Assembly: GCA_964057225.1 (NCBI GenBank)
Contig: OZ059899.1
Span: forward strand, 21,328,001 to 21,392,000
Length of the DNA: 64,000 nucleotides
Direction: 5' to 3'
Source of the DNA: Auanema rhodensis
Lineage: Eukaryota; Animalia; Nematoda
Shown here: one piece after another, positions 1-11,186 of the stretch
How positions within the stretch are numbered: the first letter of the stretch is position 1
Layout: every line of letters starts with the position of its first letter
Notes under the pieces: generated by a model
Told to the model about the DNA's origin: nothing
Seen by the model: the letters and a program-made list of their open reading frames with translations, nothing else
Databases searched by the model: none
Translations under genes and position numbers: made by a program

Positions 1-1116
1 CTCATTGAGAAACGCTTGATACAAAAATTAGTTATGATCGTTTGAAAAATGATGCCTTAGTGTATGTTGAGTTTCCATGTACACTCAACATTGCTTCCAA
101 AAACATTTTGACAAAAATTTTTTCGAAAAATTTCAAAATAATTTAGCAAAAAGTAGATGTTTTTAGATTTCTTTTTTCAAGGCAAAGACGATGGACAATG
201 TTATTCAACGAAAAAATTAATTCTTCAGGGTGAAAATTGAGGATATAAGTGTGAACTTAGATCAGTTGATATCTCGGTGCATTTTTAAGCTAGCGCAAAT
301 ATGATAACACAGATCGACGCAGCTTAAAAATCTGCATCGAATGCACTATACTACATTGAGAAACGCTTAATTCAAAAATTAGTTATGATCGTTTGAAAAA
401 TGATGCCTTAGTGTATGTTGAGTTTCCATGTACACTCAACATTGCTTCCAAAAACATTTTGACAAAAATTTTTTCGAAAAATTTCAAAATAATTTAGCAA
501 AAAGTAGATGTTTTAAGATTTTTTTTTTCAAGGCAAAGACGATGGACAATGTTATTCAACGAAAAAATTAATTCTTCAGGGTGAAAATCGAGGATATAAG
601 TGTGAACTTATATCAGTTGATATCTCGGTGCATTTTTAAGCTAGCGCAAATCTGATAACACAGATCGACGCAGCTTAAAAATTCGCATCGAATGCACTAT
701 ACTACATTGAGAAACGCTTAATACAAAAATTAGTTATGATCGTTTGAAAAATGATGCATTAGTGTATGTTGAGTTTCCATGTACACTCAACATTGCTTCC
801 AAAAACATTTTGACAAAAATTTTTTCAAAAAATTTCAAAATAATTTAGCAAAAAGTAGATGTTTTTAGATTCCTTCTTTCAAGGCAAAGACGATGGACAA
901 TGTTATTCAACGAAAAAATTAATTCTTCAGGGTGAAAATCGAGGATATAAGTGTGAACATATATCAGTTGATATCTCGGTGCATTTTTAAGCTAGCGCAA
1001 ATCTAATAATACAGATCGACGCAGCTTAAAAATCCGCATCGAATGCACTATACTACATTGAGAAACGCTTAATACAAAAATTAGTTATGATCGTTTGAAA
1101 AATGATGCCTTAGTGT

Positions 1117-1144
1117 ATGTTGAGTTTCCATGTACACTCAACAT
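1117..1144. other. SatA dyad 1 (example copy): ATGTTGAGT-N10-ACTCAACAT
   Basis: Perfect 9-bp inverted repeat, present in most monomers. Confidence 0.9.
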
Positions 1145-1295
1145 TGCTTCCAAAAACATTTTGACAAAAATTTTTTTCGAAAAAATTCAAAATAATTTAG
1201 CAAAAAGTAGATGTTTTTAGATTCCTTTTTTCAAGGCAAAGACGATGGACATTGTTATTCAACGAAAAAATTAATTCTTCAGGGTGAAAATCGAG

Positions 1296-1317
1296 GATAT
1301 AAGTGTGAACTTATATC
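1296..1317. other. SatA dyad 2 (example copy): GATATAAGT-GTGA-ACTTATATC
   Basis: Perfect 9-bp inverted repeat with a 4-nt loop. Confidence 0.9.
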
Positions 1318-1328
1318 AGTTGATATCT

Positions 1329-1400
1329 CGGTGCATTTTTAAGCTAGCGCAAATCTGATAACACAGATCGACGCAGCTTAAAAATCCGCATCGAATGCAC
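1329..1400. other. SatA dyad 3 (example copy): ~70-bp imperfect palindrome
   Basis: ATTTTTAAGCT/AGCTTAAAAAT (11 bp), inner GCG/CGC and ATCTG/CAGAT, outer CGGTGC/GCATCG or GTGCATT/AATGCAC. Confidence 0.9.
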
Positions 1401-4233
1401 TATACTCATTGAGAAACGCTTGATACAAAAATTAGTTATGATCGTTTGAAAAATGATGCATTAGTGTATGTTGAGTTTCCATGTACACTCAACATTGCTT
1501 CCAAAAACATTTTGACAAAAATTTTTTCAAAAAATTTCAAGATAATTCAGCAAAAAGTAGATGTTTTTAGATTCCTTTTTTCAAGGCAAAGACGATGGAC
1601 AATGTTATTCAACGAAAAAATTAATTCTTCAGGGTGAAAATCGAGGATATAAGTGTGAACTTATATCAGTTGATATCTCGGTGCATTTTTAAGCTAGCGC
1701 AAATCTAATAATACAGATCGACGCAGCTTAAAAATCCGCATCGAATGCACTATACTATATTGAGAAACGCTTAATAAAAAAATTAGTTATGATCGTTTGA
1801 AAAATGATGCCTTAGTGTATGTTGAGTTTCCATGTACACTCAACATTGCTTCCAAAAACATTTTGACAAAAATTTTTTCGAAAAATTTCAAAATAATTTA
1901 GCAAAAAGTAGATGTTTTTAGATTCCTTTTTTCAAGGCAAAGACGATGGACTTTGTTATTCAACGAAAAATTAATTCTTCAGGGTGAAAATCGAGGATAT
2001 AAGTGTGAACTTATATTAGTTGATATCTCGGTGCATTTTTAAGCTAGCACAAATCTGATAACACAGATCGACGCAGCTTAAAAATCCGCATCGAATGCAC
2101 TATACTACATTGAGAAACGCTTAATACAGAAATTAGTTATGATCGTTTGAAAAATGATGCATTAGTGTACGTTGAGTTTCCATGTACACTCAACATTGCT
2201 TCCAAAAACATTTTGACAAAAATTTTTTCGAAAAATTTCAAAATAATTTAGCAAAAAGTGGATGTTTTTAGATTCCTTTTTTCAAGGCAAAGACGATGGA
2301 CAATGTTATTCAACGAAAAAATTAATTCTTCAGGGTGAAAATCGAGGATATAAGTGTGAACTTATATCAGTTGATATCTCGGTGCATTTTTAAGCTAGCG
2401 CAAATCTGATAACACAGATCGACGCAGCTTAAAAATTCGCATCGAATGCACTATACTACATTGAGAAACGCTTAATACAAAAATTCGTTATGATCGTTTG
2501 AAAAATGATGCCTTAGTGTATGTTGAGTTTCCATGTACACTCAACATTGCTTCCAAAAACATTTTGACAAAAATTTTTTTCGAAAAAATTCAAAATAATT
2601 TAGCAAAAAGTAGATGTTTTTAGATTCCTTTTTTCAAGGCAAAGACGATGGACAATGTTATTCAACGAAAAAATTAATTCTTCAGGGTGAAAATCGAGGA
2701 TATAAGTGTGAACTTATATCAGTTGATATCTCGGTGCATTTTTAAGCTAGCGCAAATCTGATAACACAGATCGACGCAGCTTAAAAATTCGCATCGAATG
2801 CACTATACTACATTGAGAAACGCTTAATACAAAAATTCGTTATGATCGTTTGAAAAATGATGCCTTAGTGTATGTTGAGTTTCCATGTACACTCAACATT
2901 GCTTCCAAAAACATTTTGACAAAAATTTTTTTCGAAAAAATTCAAAATAATTTAGCAAAAAGTAGATGTTTTTAGATTTCTTTTTTCAAGGCAAAGACGA
3001 TGGACAATGTTATTCAACGAAAAAATTAATTCTTCAGGGTGAAAATCGAGGATATAAGTGTGAACTTATATCAGTTGATATCTCGGTGCATTTTTAAGCT
3101 AGCGCAAATCTGATAACACAGATCGACGCAGCTTAAAAATTTGCATCGAATGCACTATACTCATTGAGAAACGCTTGATACAAAAATTAGTTATGATCGT
3201 TTGAAAAATGATGCATTAGTGTATGTTGAGTTTCCATGTACACTCAACATTGCTTCCAAAAACATTTTGACAAAAATTTTTTCAAAAAATTTCAAAATAA
3301 TTTAGCAAAAAGTAGATGTTTTTAGATTCCTTCTTTCAAGGCAAAGACGATGGACAATGTTATTCAACGAAAAAATTAATTCTTCAGGGTGAAAATCGAG
3401 GATATAAGTGTGAACTTATATCAGTTGATATCTCGGTGCATTTTTAAGCTAGCGCAAATCTGATAACACAGATCGACGCAGCTTAAAAATCCGCATCGAA
3501 TGCACTATACTCATTGAGAAACGCTTGATACAAAAATTAGTTATGATCGTTTGAAAAATGATGCATTAGTGTATGTTGAGTTTCCATGTACACTCAACAT
3601 TGCTTCCAAAAATATTTTGACAAAAATTTTTTCAAAAAATTTCAAGATAATTTAGCAAAAAGTAGAAGTTTTTAGATTCCTTTTTTCAAGGCAAAGACGA
3701 TGGACAATGTTATTCAACGAAAAAATTAATTCTTCAGGGTGAAAATCGAGGATATAAGTGTGAACTTATATCAGTTGATATCTCGGTGCATTTTTAAGCT
3801 AGCGCAAATCTAATAATACAGATCGAAGCCGCTTAAAAATCCGCATCGAATGCACTATACTATATTGAGAAACGCTTAATACAAGAATTAGTTATGATCG
3901 TTTGAAAAATGATGCCTTAGTGTATGTTGAGTTTCCATGTACACTCAACATTGCTTCCAAAAACATTTTGACAAAAATTTTTTCGAAAAATTTCAAAATA
4001 ATTTAGCAAAAAGTAGATGGTTTTAGATTCCTTTTTTCAAGGCAAAGACGATGGACTTTGTTATTCAACGAAAAAATTAATTCTTCAGGGTGAAAATCGA
4101 GGATATAAGTGTGAACTTATATTAGTTGATATCTCGGTGCATTTTTAAGCTAGCGCAAATCTGATAACACAGATCGACGCAGCTTAAAAATCCGCATCGA
4201 ATGCACTATACTACATTGAGAAACGCTTAATAC

Positions 4234-4327
4234 TTTGCGCTAGCTTAAAAATGCACCGAGATATCAACTGATATAAGTTGATTGAGAAAAGCTTAATACA
4301 AAAATTGGATTGAGAAAAGCTTAATAC
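4234..4327. other. 94-bp complex insertion: 46-bp inverted SatA fragment plus a tandem 28-bp duplication
   Basis: 4234-4279 is the exact reverse complement of SatA AACTTATATC...GCTAGCGCAAA. It is followed by GATTGAGAAAAGCTTAATACAAAAATT twice (4280 and 4308). Confidence 0.95.
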
Positions 4328-4508
4328 AAAAATTAGTTATGATCGTTTGAAAAATGATGCATTAGTGTATGTTGAGTTTCCATGTACACTCAACATTGCT
4401 TCCAAAAACATTTTGACAAAAATTTTTTCGAAAAATTTCAAAATAATTTAGCAAAAAGTAGATGTTTTTAGATTCCTTTTTTCAAGGCAAAGACGATGGA
4501 CAATGTTA

Positions 4509-4541
4509 CTAATGCATCATTTTGTTATGTTATCAATGTTA
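4509..4541. other. 33-bp templated insertion with CAATGTTA duplication
   Basis: 4508-4523 ACTAATGCATCATTTT is the reverse complement of 4351-4366. It is followed by GTTATGTTAT and a second CAATGTTA. Confidence 0.93.
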
Positions 4542-6899
4542 TTCAACGAAAAAATTAATTCTTCAGGGTGAAAATCGAGGATATAAGTGTGAACTTATAT
4601 CAGTTGATATCTCGGTGCATTTTTAAGCTAGCGCAAATCTGATAACACAGATCGACGCAGCTTAAAAATTCGCATCGAATGCACTATACTACATTGAGAA
4701 ACGCTTAATTCAAAAATTAATTATGATCGTTTGAAAAATGATGCATTAGTGTATGTTGAGTTTCCATGTACACTCAACATTGCTTCCAAAAACATTTTGA
4801 CAAAAATTTTTTTCGAAAAAATTCAAAATAATTTAGCAAAAAGTAGATGTTTTTAGATTCCTTTTTTCAAGGCAAAGACGATGGACAATGTTATTCAACG
4901 AAAAAATTAATTCTTCAGGGTGAAAATCGAGGATATAAGTGTGAACTTATATCAGTTGATATCTCGGTGCATTTTAAAGCTAGCGCAAATCTGATAACAC
5001 AGATCGACGCAGCTTAAAAATTGGCATCGAATGCACTATACTACATTGAGAAACGCTTAATACAAAAATTAGTTATGATCGTTTGAAAAATGATGCCTTA
5101 GTGTATGTTGAGTTTCCATGTACACTCAACATTGCTTCCAAAAACATTTTGACAAAAATTTTTTCGAAAAATTTCAAAATAATTTAGCAAAAAGTAGATG
5201 TTTTAAGATTTCTTTTTTCAAGGCAAAGACGATGGACAATGTTATTCAACGAAAAAATTAATTCTTCAGGGTGAAAATCGAGGATATAAGTGTGAACTTA
5301 TATCAGTTGATATCTCGGTGCATTTTAAAGCTAGCGCAAATCTGATAACACAGATCGACGCAGCTTAAAAATTGGCATCGAATGCACTATACTACATTGA
5401 GAAACGCTTAATACAAAAATTAGTTATGATCGTTTGAAAAATGATGCCTTAGTGTATGTTGAGTTTCCATGTACACTCAACATTGCTTCCAAAAACATTT
5501 TGACAAAAATTTTTTTCGAAAAAATTCAAAATAATTTAGCAAAAAGTAGATGTTTTCAGATTCCTTTTTTCAAGGCAAAGACGATGGACAATGTTATTCA
5601 ACGAAAAAATTAATTCTTCAGGGTGAAAATCGAGGATATAAGTGTGAACTTATATCAGTTGATATCTCGGTGCATTTTTAAGCTAGCGCAAATCTGATAA
5701 CACAGATCGACGCAGCTTAAGAATCCGCATCGAATGCACTATACTCATTGAGAAACGCTTGATACAAAAATTAGTTATGATCGTTTGAAAAATGATGCAT
5801 TAGTGTATGTTGAGTTTCCATGTACACTCAACATTGCTTCCAAAAACATTTTGACAAAAATTTTTTCAAAAAATTTCAAAATAATTTAGCAAAAAGTAGA
5901 TGTTTTTAGATTCCTTTTTTCAAGGCAAAGACGATGGACAATGTTATTCAACGAAAACATTAATTCTTCAGGGTGAAAATCGAGGATATAAGTGTGAACT
6001 TATATCAGTTGATATCTCGGTGCATTTTTAAGCTAGCGCAAATCTAATAATACAGATCGACGCAGCTTAAAAATCCGCATCGAATGCACTATACTACATT
6101 GAGAAACGCTTCATACAAAAATTAGTTATGATCGTTTGAAAAATGATGCCTTAGTGTATGTTGAGTTTCCATGTACACTCAACATTGCTTCCAAAAACAT
6201 TTTGACAAAAATTTTTTTCGAAAAAATTCAAAATAATTTAGCAAAAAGTAGAAGTTTTTAGATTCCTTTTTTCAAGGCAAAGACGATGGACAATGTTATT
6301 CAACGAAAAAATTAATTCTTCAGGGTGAAAATCGAGGATATAAGTGTGAACTTATATCAGTTGATATCTCGGTGCATTTTTAAGCTAGCGCAAATCTGAT
6401 AACACAGATCGACGCAGCTTAAAAATCCGCATCGAATGCACTATACTCATTGAGAAACGCTTGATACAAAAATTAGTTATGATCGTTTGAAAAATGATGC
6501 ATTAGTGTATGTTGAGTTTCCATGTACACTCAACATTGCTTCCAAAAACATTTTGACAAAAATTTTTTCAAAAAATTTCAAAATAATTTAGCAAAAAGTA
6601 GATGTTTTTAGATTCCTTTTTTCAAGGCAAAGACGATGGACAATGTTATTCAACGAAAAAATTAATTCTTCAGGGTGAAAATCGAGGATATAAGTGTGAA
6701 CTTATATCAGTTGATATCTCGGTGCATTTTTAAGCTAGCGCAAATCTGATAACACAGATCGACGCAGCTTGAAAATCCGCATCGAATGTACTATACTACA
6801 TTGAGAGACGCTTAATACAAAAATTAGTTATGATCGTTTGAAAAATGATGCATTAGTGTATGTTGAGTTTCCATGTACACTCAACATTGCTTCCAAAAA

Positions 6900-7901
6900 G
6901 AAGCGAGTTACATACCAAGTGCACATCACGTGTACATTTAATTAGCATAAATTAAAGTTCACGTAAATTTCAAAGTCATGGTTACCATGAACCAATATCA
7001 ATAAAAATTTGTTTTTAGACTAATATGGACATGGGGAATCTAATTTTGATAACCGCATCTCTTTATCTTTCACGTGAAGCGAGTTACATACCAAGTGCAC
7101 ATCACGTGTACATTTAATTAGCATAAATTAAAGTTCACGTAAATTTCAAAGTCATGGTTACCATGCACCAATATCAATAAAAATTTGTTTTTAGACTAAT
7201 ATGGACATGGCGAATCTAATTTTGAAAACCGCATCTCTTTATTTTTCACGTGAAGCGAGTTACATACCAAGTGCACATCACGTGTACATTTAATTAGCAT
7301 AAATTAAAGTTCACGTAAATTTCAAAGTCATGGTTACCATGAACCAATATCAATAAAAATTTGTTTTCAGACTAATATGGACATGGGGAATCTAATTTTG
7401 AAAACCGCATCTCTTTATCTTTCACGTGAAGCGAGTTACATACCAAGTGCACTTCACGTGTACATTTAATTAGCATAAATTAAAGTTCACGTAAATTTCA
7501 AAGTCATGGTTACCATGCACCAATATCAATAAAAATTTGTTTTTAGACTAATATGGACATGGGGAATCTAATTTTGAAAACCGCATCTCTTTATCTTTCA
7601 CGTGAAGCGAGTTACATACCAAGTGCACTTCACGTGTACATTTAATTAGCATAAATTAAAGTTCACGTAAATTTCAAAGTCATGGTTACCATGCACCAAT
7701 ATCAATAAAAATTTGTTTTAAGACTAATATGGACATGGGGAATCTAATTTCGAAAACCGCATCTCTTTATCTTTCACGTGAAGCGAGTTACATACCAAGT
7801 GCACATCACGTGTACATTTAATTAGCATAAATTAAAGTTCACGTAAATTTCAAAGTCATGGTTACCATGCACCAATATCAATAAAAATTTGTTTTTAGAC
7901 T
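6900..7901. repeat. SatB island 1: 176-bp satellite, 5 full monomers + 122 bp
   Basis: GAAGCGAGTTAC at 6900, 7076, 7252, 7428, 7604, 7780. Ends ...TTAGACT, then GAG, then SatA. Confidence 0.98.
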
Positions 7902-7904
7902 GAG

Positions 7905-10181
7905 TTTTAAGCTAGCGCAAATCTGATAACACAGATCGACGCAGCTTAAAAATCCCCATCGAATGCACTATACTACATTGAGAAACGCTTAATTCAAAAA
8001 ATTAGTTATGATCGTTTGAAAAATGATGCCTTAGTGTATGTTGAGTTCCCATGTACACTCAACATTGCTTCCAAAAACATTTTGACAAAAATGTTTTCGA
8101 AAAATTTCAAAATAATTTAGCAAAAAGTAGATGTTTTTAGATTCCTTTTTTCAAGGCAAAGACGATGGACAATGTTATTCAACGAAAAAATTAATTCTTC
8201 AGGGTGAAAATCGAGGATATATGTGTGAACTTATATCAGTTGATATCTCGGTGCATTTTTAAGCTAGCGCAAATCTGATAACACAGATCGACGCAGCTTA
8301 AAAATCCGCATCGAATGCACTATACTACATTGAGAAACGCTTAATACAAAAATTAGTTATGATCGTTTGAAAAATGATGCATTAGTGTATGTTGAGTTCC
8401 CATGTACACTCAACATTGCTTCCAAAAACATTTTGACAAAAATGTTTTCGAAAAATTTCAAAATAATTTAGCAAAAAGTAGATGTTTTTAGATTCCTTTT
8501 TTCAAGGCAAAGACGATGGACAATGTTATTCAACGAAAAAATTAATTCTTCAGGGTGAAAATCGAGGATATAAAAGTGAACTTATATCAGTTGATATCTC
8601 GGTGCATTTTTAAGCTAGCGCAAATCTGATAACACAGATCGACGCAGCTTAAGAATCCGCATCGAATGCACTATACTCATTGAGAAACGCTTGATACAAA
8701 AATTAGTTATGATCGTTTGAAAAATGATGCATTAGTGTATGTTGAGTTTCCATGTACACTCAACATTGCTTCCAAAAACATTTTGACAAAAATTTTTTCA
8801 AAAAATTTCAAAATAATTTAGCAAAAAGTAGATGTTTTTAGATTCCTTTTTTCAAGGCAAAGACGATGGACAATGTTATTCAACGAAAACATTAATTCTT
8901 CAGGGTGAAAATCGAGGATATAAGTGTGAACTTATATCAGTTGATATCTCGGTGCATTTTTAAGCTAACGCAAATCTAATAATACAGATCGACGCAGCTT
9001 AAAAATCCGCATCGAATGCACTATACTACATTGAGAAACGCTTCATACAAAAATTAGTTATGATCGTTTGAAAAATGATGCCTTAGTGTATGTTGAGTTT
9101 CCATGTACACTCAACATTGCTTCCAAAAACATTTTGACAAAAATTTTTTTCGAAAAAATTCAAAATAATTTAGCAAAAAGTAGATGTTTTTAGATTCCTT
9201 TTTTCAAGGCAAAGACGATGGACAATGTTATTCAACGAAAAAATTAATTCTTCAGGGTGAAAATCGAGGATATAAGTGTGAACTTATATCAGTTGATATC
9301 TCGGTGCATTTTTAAGCTAGCGCAAATCTGATGACACAGATCGACGCAGCTTAAAAATCCGCATCGAATGCACTATACTCATTGAGAAACGCTTGATACA
9401 AAAATTAGTTATGATCGTTTGAAAAATGATGCATTAGTGTATGTTGAGTTTCCATGTACACTCAACATTGCTTCCAAAAACATTTTGACAAAAATTTTTT
9501 CAAAAAATTTCAAAATAATTTAGCAAAAAGTAGATGTTTTTAGATTCCTTTTTTCAAGGCAAAGACGATGGACAATGTAATTCAACGAAAAAATTAATTC
9601 TTCAGGGTGAAAATCGAGGATATAAGTGTGAACTTATATCAGTTGATATCTCGGTGCATTTTTAAGCTAGCGCAAATCTAATAATACAGATCGACGCAGC
9701 TTAAAAATCCGCATCGAATGCACTATACTACATTGAGAAACGCTTAATACAAAAATTAGTTATGATCGTTTGAAAAATGATGCATTAGTGTATGTTGAGT
9801 TTCCATGTACACTCAACATTGCTTCCAAAAACATTTTGACAAAAATTTTTTCAAAAAATTTCAAGATAATTTAGCGAAAAGTAGATGTTTTTAGATTCCT
9901 TTTTTCAAGGCAAAGACGATGGACAATGTTATTCAACGAAAAAATTAATTCTTCAGGGTGAAAATCGAGGATATAAGTGTGAACTTATATCAGTTGATAT
10001 CTCGGTGCATTTTTAAGCTAGCGCAAATCTAATAATACAGATCGACGCAGCTTAAAAATCCGCATCGAATGCACTATACTCATTGAGAAACGCTTGATAC
10101 AAAAATTAGTTATGATCGTTTGAAAAATGATGCATTAGTGTATGTTGAGTTTCCATGTACACTCAATATTGCTTCCAAAAA
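7905..10181. repeat. SatA 351-bp satellite
   Basis: Same monomer, resuming at TTTTAAGCTAGCGC. Confidence 0.98.
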
Positions 10182-11183
10182 GAAGCGAGTTACATACCAA
10201 GTGCACATCACGTGTACATTTAATTAGCATAAATTAAAGTTCACGTAAATTTCAAAGTCATGGTTACCATGAACCAATATCAATAAAAATTTGTTTTTAG
10301 ACTAATATGGACATGGGGAATCTAATTTTGATAACCGCATCTCTTTATCTTTCACGTGAAGCGAGTTACATACCAAGTGCACATCACGTGTACATTTAAT
10401 TAGCATAAATTAAAGTTCACGTAAATTTCAAAGTCATGGTTACCATGCACCAATATCAATAAAAATTTGTTTTTAGACTAATATGGACATGGCGAATCTA
10501 ATTTTGAAAACCGCATCTTTTTATTTTTCACGTGAAGCGAGTTACATACCAAGTGCACATCACGTGTACATTTAATTAGCATAAATTAAAGTTCACGTAA
10601 ATTTCAAAGTCATGGTTACCATGAACCAATATCAATAAAAATTTGTTTTCAGACTAATATGGACATGGGGAATCTAATTTTGAAAACCGCATCTCTTTAT
10701 CTTTCACGTGAAGCGAGTTACATACCAAGTGCACTTCACGTGTACATTTAATTAGCATAAATTAAAGTTCACGTAAATTTCAAAGTCATGGTTACCATGC
10801 ACCAATATCAATAAAAATTTGTTTTTAGACTAATATGGACATGGGGAATCTAATTTTGAAAACCGCATCTCTTTATCTTTCACGTGAAGCGAGTTACATA
10901 CCAAGTGCACTTCACGTGTACATTTAATTAGCATAAATTAAAGTTCACGTAAATTTCAAAGTCATGGTTACCATGCACCAATATCAATAAAAATTTGTTT
11001 TTAGACTAATATGGACATGGGGAATCTAATTTCGAAAACCGCATCTCTTTATCTTTCACGTGAAGCGAGTTACATACCAAGTGCACATCACGTGTACATT
11101 TAATTAGCATAAATTAAAGTTCACGTAAATTTCAAAGTCATGGTTACCATGCACCAATATCAATAAAAATTTGTTTTTAGACT
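10182..11183. repeat. SatB island 2 (5.7 monomers, 1002 bp)
   Basis: Same junctions and monomer-variant order as island 1. Confidence 0.98.
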
Positions 11184-11186
11184 GAG

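Larger units (their letters stand above)
1..6899. repeat. SatA 351-bp tandem satellite, left (more heterogeneous) domain, ~19 monomers
   Basis: Anchor CATTGAGAAACGC recurs at 3, 354, 705, 1056, 1407 (period 351). Monomers differ by a few SNPs and 1-bp indels. All carry the GGATATAAGT allele. Confidence 0.98.

Noticed and set aside
1-351. Assignment to a named satellite (Drosophila 1.688, Tribolium TCAST, primate alpha, Arabidopsis CEN178)
   Set aside because: Only the lengths are similar. I cannot recognise the sequence as any of these without a database search.
1329-1400. tRNA, 5S rRNA, snRNA or spliced-leader RNA tandem gene
   Set aside because: I recognise no cloverleaf, Pol III A/B boxes or known RNA motif. 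An Rfam/Infernal scan would be decisive.
1446-1637. 63-aa ORF (MKNDALVY...)
   Set aside because: It lies within a SatA monomer, starts at TTG, and exists only because the usual TAG mutated to CAG in this copy. I recognise no domain in it.
6900-7904. SatB island as a transposon or MITE
   Set aside because: It has no terminal inverted repeats, target-site duplication, poly-A tail or coding capacity, and every copy sits at the same SatA position.
7901-7907. GAG filler templated from SatA TGAGTTT
   Set aside because: A 7-bp match in AT-rich DNA is too short to distinguish from chance.
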